From: Takakia lepidozioides | Taxonomy: Eukaryota > Plantae > Bryophyta | Direction: 5' to 3' | NCBI GenBank assembly: GCA_030704615.1 | Contig: CM060733.1 | Coordinates: 71,920,001 to 71,984,000, forward strand | DNA length: 64,000 nucleotides | In this document: piece by piece, positions 11,601 through 23,816 of the stretch | Position numbering within the stretch: the first letter of the stretch is position 1 | How the letters are laid out: each line of letters starts with the position of its first letter | Position numbers and translations under genes: made by a program | The notes under the pieces: generated by a model | Told to the model about the DNA's origin: nothing | What the model saw: the letters and a program-made list of their open reading frames with translations, nothing else | Databases searched by the model: none

Positions 11601-14600
11601 TAGGAATATTGCTCACATCTACTTTTTGAGCCATTCCAGTCTCTCAATCAATTATCACTTTCCAAGAAAGCATGAACATCACAGAATTCAGGCCATGTTA
11701 GAACTTGTGTTCTTCTATAAGAAACAAAATTCTTCCACGCTGATACATCGTGGAGAATTGTGAGTTCTTTCCTCCAAACTCTATCGACTCCTTTTAATTT
11801 CATTGTGTGTCTCGAAATTATTAGTTTGTTCTCATTAGTGACACTCTCTCTTGAGCCACAACCATGGCTCTGATACCATGTGAAAACATCTATTCTATCC
11901 AGAGTCAATCACACACATAATCGTGTAAAACATAGAACTAGATTAAATAGATCTTACATCAAGAGAGAAAGTGTTCACAAGAGAGATCTACACTCTTTGT
12001 GTCTCGGCTGAGTCTGGTGGTTCTACATCTACTCAACTGTTGAGCTCTGTACCGTTCCACACTCCTTGGTGACTTCAACCACCTAACCACTTCAGATGTA
12101 AGACTTGGATGTAACTGCACATCCTTAATCTATAATCTAGTACATCCTACACTATACACTGACAGAGAATTATAGATGTATTCCTTCAACATTGACTCTC
12201 CAGGTGGAATTCTGGTCGTTCAGATTATGGCCAGGAGCTGCCCATTTGTTATGACTTTGAGCTATGAAACTTAGTCTCATGAAATGCAAGCTGTCCTGTC
12301 AGAAATCTGATACTTGATGACTGGTTTTGTGGGGAGGCAGGTGGTGATTCCAAGGAGTCCCTTGCAAGCAAAAGGCCTCCTGCTTGCTTCGATTCGAGAC
12401 CCTAACCCAGTCATATTCTTTGAGCCAAAGGTACGGGCCCCACCCCTCCTGTTTGACATTTGACGTTCAGTCCGGGCTTCAGTGAGTTACTAGTTGCAGA
12501 TATTCAGTTCAGGCTACATCAACAACTCATGTTATCATCATTAACAGTGTGTGATGGCAATTGTATGGTAAGAGGACAGTGGCTGTATCGGTTGGCAGTG
12601 GAGGAGGTGCCTGACGATGACTACACTCTACCCCTTTCAAGGGCTGAGGTGAGGTGTTTTACACATAGTTCAACTGTTTGCTGCAGTATGACGAACATTG
12701 CTTTTATCTGGTCTGACCAATAGTCTCTGATCACTTCATTAAACAGACTTACTAGATGAGACTTCTAAGCCCTGATCCAATTGTCAGGTCTTTCATATGG
12801 ATCTTCAATTGGATCTTGGATAAGGGACTAAGAACAGGGAAATAACAGCTGATTTTGTCAGGGCCCATTTTGCGAAGACACTTCTGACAGCAATGTGCAG
12901 TTAGTCACCCAGATGGACCTGGGAGTGATGCCCTTGGTGTACAGCATAACCTCTGGAATGCACTGGATGTGTACAGAATGTACTGTTTCTTTCAGGACTT
13001 TCTCTCTGTCTCCCTGTCTCTAAATTTCTTGCTTTCATGTTCCTATTTCCTTACTCTCTCTTTCTTTTTTATAACCGGTCTCTCGCTTATGGGATAACAC
13101 TGCAGGTCATGAGACAGGGAAGTGACATCACACTGGTGGGATGGGGTGCACAACTTATCATTATGGAACAGGCTTGCACTGATGCAAGCAAGGTACTCAG
13201 AATCTATCCACAATGTCTCTTGGAAAACAACTTCTGAGTAGCTCTCTGGACTTTCCATGGAATTATGGGGTTTCCCTCCCATGGATCCAGTAAAAAGTCT
13301 TTCTTCTTTTTCTCTGGTGCCGCGGATGCACTAAAAAAAAAAAAAATCCTGGCTCTCTCTGTCTCTCTCTCTCTCCCACTCTCGGCACTAGACTGAAATT
13401 CAAACTCTGTAAACAGATAAGGGGGATTGTAAGTGCCCATTGTGTGGGCAACCTGGAGAATATCCACTTCCTGATTCATTGTCCTGGGTACTCTCACCAG
13501 GGAGACACCCTCTTCAATTTCCATCAAGGGAATTGTTCCTGTACCTCTGTTTACCAACTTTGAAAATCTCATGGCTGGATTCTAGTAGTTGGGCAAATCA
13601 CACACAGCAGATTGATGTTTGGGTGAAGGGATTTCTAGAGGATATCTGGAAAACTCGGATCAATTGCATGTTTCAAGGTAAGTCATACTACCGGCATCAG
13701 CCCCTGACAAAGGTAGTTTCTGTCCCTTTGTGTTCCGCTCAAACTGGGCGCGGGGTCAATGGCCACAAGGCTTATGAGTACATTCTCTCCCTCTCTCAAG
13801 GTAAGTCACACTACCGGAGTGAGTCCCTCACAAAGGTAGTACCTGTTCGATCTACAAATCATCTGAGCTACAATCTGATTGGTGGGCTCAGGCGAATAGC
13901 ATGTCTAATACCAGATACCCTAAGATAATCAACTCTATTTCCTGGCTGTCCTGTTAAACAGGCTAAATCCTGGCGGAAAAGGATAGAGGAGGAGTTTTTG
14001 TATCTGAATATTAGCCCAGAAGAATTGACCCTGCTAGATGAAGCTGACCTGGAAATTGCAGTGTCTAATGCCATGTCAGATGCCCATGGACTTGAAAATG
14101 AACTTAGACATAAAACTTCCCTCAACGTGTTTGCAGTCTGGGCAAGGACCTTAAGGATGATCTCAAGGGCGTACCTACCCTCGGCACTAAACTGAAACTC
14201 AGGGCAAGAAGCCTACCTTTTGAACAATAAACAGATGCAGGGAGGAAAAGGTGCCTGATGTGCGGGCAGCCTGAAGACAATATCCATTTTTTGATAGATC
14301 GTCCAGGAAATTCTCACCAGAGAGTGAACCTCTTCAGGAACATCCAGATCATTGTTCCCGCACCTCTGTTCACCAACTTTGAAAATCTTGAGGCTGAGCC
14401 TAAAGCCCTGGCCCTCACACACAGCAAGTTGATGCTTCAGCTGACAAGAAACGGCTTGTGTGAAGTGCAGGAGGGCATTTCATGTGAACTAATTGATTTG
14501 CGCACACTTATTCCCTGGGATCGAGAACTGGTGGAAGCATCCGTCAACAAGACAGGACGGCTTTTGGTAAGTCACCTTGTTGCAGCATTCAGATAAAAGG

Positions 14601-15563
14601 TGTGATTGGTGGGTTTGTCATTGTGAGGAATTTCATCTCTCAGTGCGGATGTTTTCCCATAGTGTGATTTTGGATTGTGACAGGTGAGTCATGAGGCACC
14701 CATCACTGGAGGATTTGGGGGAGAAATTGCAGCATCCATAGCTGAGCACTGCTTCCTACGAGTAAGGATGCCTTGCTTTGTCTGCTTTGTCCACAACGTC
14801 AACGCAGCCAATGTAGACAGTTTGGAACAACCACAGAGAAGGCATGGTTTTTATTGTAGAATAATAGTTTCATCTTTTGATGCTGAAAGACACAGAATTT
14901 GTGCCGAAATTGTAATTTAGATAGATAACAGCACAGATAGATCCAGCTGCAGGTAGGGACTGGAATGTGAACTTGATGGATTCCCATGTAAGAACTTAGT
15001 AGGCCGTTTTAATATGTATGATGACCATTTCTCTCTTACCAGCGAACTTTGTGCAGTTGGAAGCGCCAATTGCCCGTGTCTGTGGCCTTGACACACCCTT
15101 TCCTTTGGTGTATGAGCCATTTTATATGCCAAACAAGAATAAGGTATCCTTCTCTCTCTGTGTGTGGGGGCCTACCAGAATCATTATCATGTTTTGTAGT
15201 GTGATGACATTGTCAACTCATAATCAACCTGTTCTCTGGAACCTGATTACCATTGCACACGCTTGGCAATTTGGGGCTAAATCCATTGTCCAGTAAGTCA
15301 ACAGCCCACTCCAGAAACGTTAGTAGCATCTGGGCTTACGACCTCAAAGATGCATCATATGCCAGTGAGTCGGTTCTACTTTTCCTTTCAGGGTCATTGG
15401 CCACAATAGAGCATACTTGTGCATGTCAAGCCACTCCAATAGTCCTTAAAACGTTGTATTTCTCTTATGGCATTGCAATCACATTTCACTTCTCATCAGG
15501 TTTCTCTATTGGTTTTGTTTCTTGCAGATATTGGATGCTATTAAGGCGGCTGTCAATTACTAG
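5632..15563 (+). CDS. BCKDHB: Branched-chain alpha-keto acid dehydrogenase E1 beta subunit, mitochondrial; 13 exons, ~385 aa
   Basis: GT-AG exons 5632-5882, 6159-6270, 6367-6402, 6662-6721, 7021-7078, 7413-7510, 12341-12430, 12580-12648, 13106-13192, 14471-14566, 14684-14761, 15057-15143 and 15528-15563 join in frame. Motifs: [93 protein letters not shown]. Ser/Arg-rich N-terminus is consistent with a targeting peptide. Start codon is the least certain part. Confidence 0.96.
7696..8004 (-). repeat. Copia 3' LTR (309 bp)
   Basis: Near-identical to 11879-12188. A purine-rich PPT-like AGTGGGAG lies adjacent on the minus strand. Confidence 0.95.
11879..12188 (-). repeat. Copia 5' LTR (310 bp)
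   Basis: Followed on the minus strand by the Met PBS. Differs from the 3' LTR by about 2 substitutions and 1 indel. Confidence 0.95.
13375..14430 (+). mobile_element. Rearranged 3' fragments of the RTE/RTEX-like LINE in BCKDHB intron 9
   Basis: Same sequence family as 25441-37452 (ACTCTCGGCACTAGACTGAAATT, CACACAGCAGATTGATG, CAAACTGGGCGCGGGGTCAATGGCCACAAGG). Begins directly after a (CT)n tract at 13353-13374. Confidence 0.88.
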
Positions 15564-16444
15564 CATTGTAGGAGATGCTTTGACTGGACCTGATGGCTAA
15601 AGAGGGCAATGTAGTAACCAGGAGATCCTTTCATGCAGGCTGTCTTGGAGGATAAGAGAGACATGGCAGTGTGAGGTGCTTTCCTACAATCTGCTCCATG
15701 AACCTCCAGAGTGGTTTTTCTTCAAAAAAATCCTGAACGCAAGTAGGTTGAAGATTGAGTTGTACATTGCCGACACAGTATTGATAGGACATGGCCCGTT
15801 TCAGAGGGAAATTAGTAAGCAAATCCCATGACAAGATTGAAATGCAATTGCTTTCTAACCCAATGCCAATTGGACTACCTTCCAGGTGGGGTCCATCTAC
15901 TGCAATGGCAATACCATGCTGTCATTGTGGTATTGATTAGTCCCTCTTTCATTTATTCGAAACTTTCTGAATTCAAGAGCTCCAAACATGTGATTTATAT
16001 TGTGTGCAACTGCCTCTGGTGGGCAGTGCAGGATTCATGGGGAGCCAAATGGTCAATTATGCAGGCTGCGCAGTGGGCTTCCTCCCTAGTATATTAACAG
16101 TGGTCACTACCTGCCTGACCAGATTGCAGACAGCCCTGCCCGACTCATCACAACATTCCATCCAACAGCGCAAAAAGTTGTACCGCAGATGGGTGCTGCT
16201 GCCAGAAAAACTTAACTTTCTGGCATTGGCAGCATTAGTTTTGTGGAATCTATATGTTTTCTGGTGATGACCAATGTCAGCAAAAAGCTTGGTAAAGAAA
16301 ATGATGAGCATGAGCAGTGTGGGTCTACAGGGTCACAGGTTTGATTTTATCTTTTTGATCAACTCTCACAGGAGCTAACCCAAAATTCCCTGAATTGGTC
16401 ATTGTTCCCCTGTAAGCCTTATGCCATAGCGGCTGTGCTTAGTT

Positions 16445-16755
16445 CTTTTTGCATTTAGGTTATGTACAATTTTCTGTAAGGGCTTGTCCTGGTCAGTTTT
16501 ACACTAGAGGGGAAGAAATTGGTAGAGTAGGTGGACAGACCACTGAGATAGAGTAGAATGGAAGCTACGCAGGCCTGCAAGTAATTACTAGTGTAGAATA
16601 GTCGATAAAGAAAACCAGTGAATTTACAGAGCCTACTGCTCAACACACAGAGGGCCCAATGAATTGTCTGAAGGCACACGTTGAAGGATTGAACCCAGGA
16701 TCATTAGGTTATGCAGAGGCAAGGCACAAACACCCAACCACTGGGCTACCTGCTC
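16445..16755 (-). mobile_element. Probable tRNA-derived SINE
   Basis: Minus strand has an A box TAGCCCAGTGGT (16737-16748) and a B box GGTTCAATCC (~16686-16696) but no tRNA cloverleaf. 3' boundary uncertain. Confidence 0.5.
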
Positions 16756-17379
16756 AAGTGCAGTAGACAAAAGGAAAAAGTAGTAAACAGTGGCGACCAT
16801 ACCACCGGGGTATAGGACAATCAAGAAAATGAGAAGATGGCTGACGAAGGGGAGTGCGAGTTGAGAACTCGAGAAGATGATGTAAGCTTGTTCATAGTAG
16901 TCGAGATAATCCGGAGAGTGCTCGGGGAAGCCAAGCCCCGGTAGTTATCAGAGTTTTCAGAGCGGAAAACGAGAATCACGACGACAGCTTTGCGTGCAAG
17001 GGAAAAAAGAACCGAACGCAAAGGCAGTGGCCTTCCTACGAAAGCATCCTGAGTTACTTTCCTTTTAGTAGAAGCAAACGAGGTAGGATCCTTACGTACT
17101 AGGGAATGGGCAAGCGGGGTAAGCTGCCTCGCGAGCCGGGCGCCACCCGCAGATTCGCCAGCGGCGAGCCCATTCCTGAGCGTTAAGGAGTTTTGGGGCA
17201 GATTATGGGCCCCTAGAGCCAATCAGAGGCTGCAAATCCTAACAAAGTCAAGTCTCTAGGGAGAACCGAAAGGCATATAATCGTTTGGGCACACAGACGT
17301 CGTCAATCTTCTTTGATTGAAATACTCAACAGTAAAGACTCATAGGAGCGTTCGGCATTAACGAGTTGTAGAAAGGCGA

Positions 17380-18110
17380 TGACAACAATGTCGAGTGGCC
17401 TAGGAGCTGCAATGAGTGGAGGAGCCCACATAGCTGCAGCCAAGATGACGGTTGCATAATTCAAGGATGGTGATGACCCCGAACCCCACATCAAGTTGCT
17501 AGAAGCGATGTATGAGGCTAATGGGGATGCCAGCGAGCAGAACAAGCTCACATTGTGTATTTGTTCACCACGAAAGGGATAATTCGACGAGTGGGCGCGC
17601 TATCTACTGGACCGTGCGCCACATCAAGCAGAAAAGGAAAAGAAGTGTGGAAGATTACTACAAAAGACTGCAGAAGCTGAATAGCGCTCAATGGGTGTTT
17701 AGATTACACATATCGGGAATGCCCCAGGACACGTTAGAAAAAGCTTTCAAATCATCCGATCATATAAGAAGATTATGAATATGAAGCCAGACCTAGCTGG
17801 AGAAAGAAGAATGGGAAAGCGTCAAGTGAAGAAATGGAATCCTTGTCCTTCGAGTCCAGCTCCGACTCCGAAATGGAACGTAAACACGAGAAAAAAGACA
17901 AAAAGGGGAAATCCAAAGCGAAAGTCGTAGTGCGCAAAGACGTGTAGTACACAACTGCAAGAACTATGGGTACTCAGCTGCAGAGTGCGCCATGCCGATG
18001 AGATAGTGCAGAATCTTGCAAAATGACCAACCACCCCACGGAAGGCTGTCGGTTCAACATGCGAGGGAAGAAGAACACCGAGCCACCCCACGTGAACTCG
18101 GCCTAAGCCG
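17380..18110 (+). mobile_element. Highly degenerate retrotransposon gag relic
   Basis: Fragments 'FKDGDDPEPHIKLLE', 'IKQKRKRSVEDYYKR' and a knuckle-like 'NCKNYGYSAAEC'. Many stops. Confidence 0.5.
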
Positions 18111-18175
18111 AAGATGCGGCCGTCACGAGAACCAACCGAGGAGGACCAGGTCATGACCAAAATGATGGTTATTAC

Positions 18176-18985
18176 CAGTGTTGGGCGGTTACCCGCCGGG
18201 ACCCAGGTTAACCGCCGGTTCAGGTTAAGCGGAACCGGGCCCATTACTGCAGAACCTGACCCGAAACAGGAATCTGCCAATGGGGATTGGCACAGAACCG
18301 AACCCTTCGCGCTGGGTGTGAGAACTGGAGAAGGGGGCGCATGGGGATAAAAACAGGTCCAGGTTCTTGAACCCTTGGTGGGCCCTTGGCATAACATGGC
18401 CTAACCCTGGAGAGCTAGCTGGTGGCCCCATGGCAAAACTTCTTTAATGCTCTCAAGCTCCATGAGATCCTGGGTTCAATGCTTGAAGGCCATGACATTC
18501 TATGTTCGAAGCTTCAACGCCATGAGATCTGGGGTTCAATCTCCAGCTCCATGATATCCTGGCTAAGTTCATTAATGAAAATGTTAGAAGATGCCAATAC
18601 TTGCCAGATAGCTGAATAGTAATTTCAACCCATAAAATGTTATCCATTTTTTTCTACCAATTTATTTAGAGTATTTTTGTTTGTTTTTTTTGTGTTAGTG
18701 AAAACTAATAAAATCGTTGGATTTTAGTTCAAATATGTGAATACATTGCTATTTAATCTCCCGGACTGATAAAATATTTTAAATATAATTAAATTAAAAA
18801 AAATTAAAAAAAAAAGAACCGGAACGTAACCGGGAACCGTGGTTTTTATCAGCAACTAACCGGTAACCGGAACCGCCCCCATGTTTAAAAGTTGGATCCA
18901 GAACCGGATCCGGAACTGTCTCTTGAAATAATTGTGGAACCGGAACCAAAGGTTCCTTCACAAATGCAAGAACCGCCCAACACTG
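18176..18985. mobile_element. Non-autonomous hAT-type element (810 bp)
   Basis: Perfect 15-bp TIRs CAGTGTTGGGCGGTT (18176-18190 and 18971-18985). 8-bp TSD GTTATTAC (18168-18175 and 18986-18993). Many subterminal GAACCG/CGGTT motifs. No coding capacity. Confidence 0.93.
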
Positions 18986-19329
18986 GTTATTACGTTATTA
19001 CAACAACACTCGAGGAGGTCCCAACCCCTTGCCCTCAAAGCAAAGGGCCGCTACACATTCTTTTCATGATTTTCTTATACGACAATGAGTTTCATTTGTG
19101 CATTCTTCTCAAGTGTTCATTCTTTTGCGTTATTCCCCCCCACTCCCCAGTTTGTGGAGCTTCTGTCTTCTTTTGATACGATTGTTAGGGGGATTTTTGG
19201 TCGTCTAGACAGGATGCGGAACTTTCTGTGGGACCCGGCTGGTAAATGAAACAACAGGAGCGATGTACCTATATACAGGCCTTCATTACCTCTGCTGATG
19301 GTTTAACCTAAACAAGGACAGCGGGCAGA

Positions 19330-22300
19330 GTAGAGATGAAGATGGTGGAAAGCGATGGCCGACAGCGGGCAGAGGCCGATGGCGGGCAGAGGCCGATGGC
19401 GGACAACGGGCGGCTAGAGGCGGTAGACAGCCCAATCGTGGGTCTAAACGGGACACAGCAGCTGTGCAGGCTGGTGCCGGGCCCGCCCACTCCTCACACA
19501 CCAGCCTTCAGCGTGATAATGGTGGGCCCTTCTCTACCACACAAGGTAACCCTAGACGTCAGGGTGGTCAGCCCCCCTACACTAGGCACATCCGCCATAG
19601 CCATGGTACAGCCAAGGGCAATATTGGTGGTGGACACTGTCCCTCCTTTTAAGACAATAAGAGCAATAGAAATTGGGCCAAGAATAGTGCTACACCCTCC
19701 CACTCCGGTCACAGCAACCCTCATCCACGGAGGAGAGGAAGCGTTGTTGATGGTGAACCCTTCCACCCTACCCAAGGTCACAGCTCTATAGGAATGATAC
19801 CCGACAACCCCAAGTGAGGCACAACAACTCCAAATCAAGGGGCCAGGGCCTTCCCCAATTTGCCTTTCAGGTACATGGCGGCCTCCCACAGAGCTTTTTC
19901 CTCCACCTGGCTCGCCACCTCCTTCTAGACAGCGGACAGGTTCACCTGATCAGACCGCCCGTTCTTTTGCTCCATCTTATCTCCCACCACCAGCACCACC
20001 ATCTTCTCCACCAGACCGAGTGCCTTGTCCAGGTTGTGGTCGGATGTTTGCTTGTATCAGGGGGCTTGCACGTCATCGACACACGTGTTCTACACTTCAT
20101 CAGTCTTCTCCGGACAATCATTTGCCTACCCCGTTAGTGGCTCCTTCTGCCCAGACATGGCTTTGGATTGCGACCCTTGATGTTTTGGGAGCATTTCATT
20201 TAGGTTTGCCCCGTCCCCGGCTCTATACACGCATCCCAATGGCGCTTCGTAGAGAGGTACAACATGCTTTTCGCTTACCCTTGGACCGCCTTGCTCGGGA
20301 CCCTTACAACATTGCTGCTTGGTACCTTTTTCTGCTTTTTCCTCTATGGTGTCTAGTTTTTGCCTCCACGTGGTGGTGAATCCGGACATTGAGAGACGCG
20401 TGCCTGTCTTCGTAGATTTCTCTCTGGGGACTGGGAAACCCTTCAAGACGAACATTATCTACGTGCACAAGCACTTGCGGCGTGAATAGCTCATGATAGC
20501 CCACACCAGGCCACTCCATCCATCCACATGCGTTTTTGTCAGAGTCTTATGCTAGGCCGGGTAGGAGAGTATTCCCGTGCAGCTCGAGCTCTTGCTCCTC
20601 TTACCCAGCACCGCCTTCGGCTGATACTGTCACAGCTTTGGAGAATCTCCACCCCATTGCGGACGACATCATTCCTTCTTTTGTGGAGGACTTTGAACCT
20701 GCTGAGGACCTTTAATTGGATCGCGATACTTACATACAAGCATTCACCCGTAGCCCTCATCTTGCAGCAGCCGGTCCGTCTGGTTTGGTGTATGAACACC
20801 TCCGTGACTGTCTCAATCCACAGGACTCTGCTAGTGGCTTTTCCCAGCTGTTCCAAGTTTGTTCTTTTATTGCGATGGGACATATACCTATCTCAGTAGC
20901 ACGTTTGCTTGGAGCAGCACGGCTCTTGGCCATGTCCAAGAACACAGGTGGGATTTGTCATATTGCAGTGGGGGAGGTTCTGTATCGCTTGGTGAGCCGC
21001 TCTATCTGCATCCAGTTTTGGGAGGTCTTTTCTTCTCACTTCTCTCCACATCAGTTTGGGGTCGCTACTCCGGGAGGTTGTGAAGCGGTGGTGCATAGGA
21101 TTCGGGCTTCTCTTGACCTTCATCCAGACTGGGTCGTCCTTCAGGTGGATGTGACCAACGCCTAACACGGTGTCCAGATCAGCAATATTTCAGGAATTGC
21201 GATCAGCCGGCGGCGCATGCCATCAACTCATTCCCTTTGTGAGATTGTTTTATGCTTCCTCCACCCCTTTGTTTTACAGTCATCACACCCCGACCGGAGA
21301 TCTTACTATAATCCAGTCCGAAGTAGGAACTCGTCAGGGCGATCCATTAGGGGGACCTCTTTTTGCTTTTGCCCACTTCCGAGCCCTTCGCTCATCTACG
21401 CAAGCCTTCCAATCCTGTATATTTCCTTCTATTGCTGATGATACCCACATCACTGGCCCTCCCACTGATATCCTTTTGGCTTTCCATCACTTTGCTACCC
21501 TTCACTCTCTTGGGCTCACTGTTCAACCTCGCAAATCCACAGTTTTGTCACCCTCTGGTCTGCCTTCAGATTTCGTGCCCCCTGTCGACTTGCTAGCACC
21601 ATCTGAGGGTATTCGAATGTTAGGTGTTCCCTTTGGTACTACCCCTTACACAACATCATTCCTCCAAGACGTTTTGCTACAAGATACAAGCCATATAGAG
21701 CTTCTTCGGGATATGCAGGTAGCATATGGCATTCTCACTAAATGTTTTTTACAGCGACCTTCTTATCTTTTGCGTTGTTTCCCTCTCACTCCCCAGTTTG
21801 TGGAGCTTCTGCCTTCTTTTGATACGACTGTTAGGGGGATTTTTGGTCGTCTATTAGGCCCAGGTGCATTTGATAGTGAGCAGGGGCCCTTGGCATGTCG
21901 TCAGGCTACCCTCCCAATCTCTTCTGGAGGAGTGGGTTTACTATCCACAGTCGTCACTGCCCCTGCTGCCTTCCTAGGTAGTTGGGCCTTAGTCGCTCCA
22001 ACCTTGGCATCTCGGTTTCTGTGTCAGCAACTCCCTTTTCTCATGGAGGTGGTTGCCCACATCGACGATGGCTCTTTGTCCTTCTAGCAACATCTTCGTT
22101 CAGCGTGGGATCTCATCCCAACACAGCACGGGCATGTCTGCCACCCTTTGAACAGTTGGTCACTCAAGGTCTGGAGCATTTACAGGATACCGTCATGGAA
22201 CGCGTGCACCAACACTCATTTTCCAGCATGCTTTCCGACGCTCCTTCAGATTCACATCGGGCGAGACTTCTCTCGTGCGCAGGGCCGGAGCAGGCGTGTG

Positions 22301-23065
22301 GATCACAGTACGACCAACCATTGCACCCTTCCGTATGTCTTTTGCTGTATTTACCACCTCCTTACGAGTTCGACTAGGTCTGCCGCATCCCTCTGTGTTA
22401 AGACTACAACAGTGTGTCGCCATCCTCTCGATTCACTCGGCGTACATCTTCTTCGTTGCTCCTGCGGTGGAGAACGCACTGCGACCCATGACGTCGTCCG
22501 GGATGCAGCAACTGCGGGTGCTCGTGATGCTGGGATACATGTCATTCGAAAGCATGTGCACATACTCCCATCGACCCACGATCACCATTCCACTCGACGA
22601 TGGGTTGACATTGTTCTCTCACAGAACAGATTGCGTACATTGGCGGACGTTGTCATCGCTGATCCTACTAGGTCGGATCTCCTGCCCCGCACAGCCTCAT
22701 CACAGGGAGTTGCCGCTTCAGTAGCTGCGCAGGGAATGGAGCATGACTATCGGGCACGTCATTCCACAGACACATTCCTTCCTTTGGCAGTCGAGATCTT
22801 TGGTTGTTTGCATCATCAATTCAACGAGTTCCTTCGCACATGTGCCCGTCGTGCAGCGGAAAACAAAAGCCTTGGAAGCCCATACGCCTTTGTTCTTGTA
22901 GTTTTATTTAGACAATGAGTTTATGTTGCTTTGCAAAAGGCTCAAGCTCAATCTATTTTAGAGGTTGCTAGGGCGGCTTCATCTCGCCTCCCCGCACTCT
23001 CTGATCCACCCTCTTTCCTGTTGTCTGACTTTCTTCAGGTTGTAGGTGATACTAGAATAATTTGA
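19330..23065 (+). mobile_element. CRE-clade-like non-LTR retrotransposon (zinc finger + RT + restriction-like endonuclease), pseudogenised
   Basis: N-terminal zinc finger CPGCGRMFACIRGLARHRHTC (20020). RT motifs QFGVATPGGCEAVVH, VDVTNA*N, GTRQGDPLGGPLF, IADDTHI. C-terminal 'HLLRCSCGGERTATHDVVRD...RWVDIV...LADVVIADP...FLPLAVEIFG'. Stops and frameshifts. Ends approximate. Confidence 0.85.
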
Positions 23066-23575
23066 TTTCTTTCTTTGTGTCAATATATCTAGCTCTACGA
23101 GCTTTGGTTGTTTCCTCTTGGGGACAGTTACACCCATTTGTACAGTCACCCCACTTGGGTCTTTTTATAAAGCTATGCAGGTTTATCGTTCATTCTTAGT
23201 TGTTATTAATATTGATACGATGTTTTTATTGGTGTGTGCATATTGTTTGTCATGTCATATTGCATATTACATTGTGTAGTAGGTTGTGGACGTAATGAAT
23301 GAGAATAATTGTCTCCACAATGCCACGCGTTAATGATGTGGGATTACATATAGATAGTGTAAACAACACATGTCAGAACTTGAGGATGACACGAATTCAT
23401 AGGCTGACATAATAGAAGATTTCACACTCATGCAACATCGCCAACACACGTAGCAATACTATGGAATTTGAACTCAATTGGCTGAGCCATTCAAGAATTT
23501 CGATAAGATCAATGATTTTTTTTTTCCAATTCTGCAAAGGTTGCAAAATCTTTTTATACTCACCAAAAAGCTATA

Positions 23576-23816
23576 GCACATTGGCTGGTAGCTCAGCTGG
23601 TAAGTGCACAGTGTGTCGCCCTGGTGGTTCGGGGTTCAAACCCGCTGCCCTGCCCCGTGTGTGGGATTGTTCGTGACGGTATGTCTGGGTGTTGATCGTC
23701 CTGTAGGTCTCCTGGCCCATAAATGAAAGGGGGTTAATTTTTCCCCCTCCTCGAGGACCTGAATTGTGGGCTGTCTCTCCCAGGTTTCCTCTTAAAAAAA
23801 AGAAAAAAGAAAAAAG
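23576..23816 (+). mobile_element. tRNA-derived SINE with A-rich tail
   Basis: A box TAGCTCAGCTGG (~23589), B box GGTTCAAACCC (~23633), A-rich tail 23794-23816, flanking direct repeat AAAGCTATA (23567-23575 and 23817-23825). Confidence 0.85.

Larger units (their letters stand above)
7696..12188 (-). mobile_element. Ty1/Copia LTR retrotransposon in BCKDHB intron 6 (antisense), internally deleted
   Basis: TG...CA LTRs at 7696-8004 and 11879-12188. 5-bp TSD ACATT (7691-7695 and 12189-12193). tRNA-iMet PBS TGGTATCAGAGCC (11866-11878, minus). Gag with CCHC knuckle ([14 protein letters not shown]), protease ([11 protein letters not shown]), integrase ([23 protein letters not shown]), RT (LYVDD), RNase H ([10 protein letters not shown]). 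Copia domain order. Confidence 0.97.

Noticed and set aside
23581-23655. tRNA gene
   Set aside because: A and B boxes are present but there is no convincing acceptor or anticodon stem. A body, A-rich tail and TSD follow, so it is a SINE.
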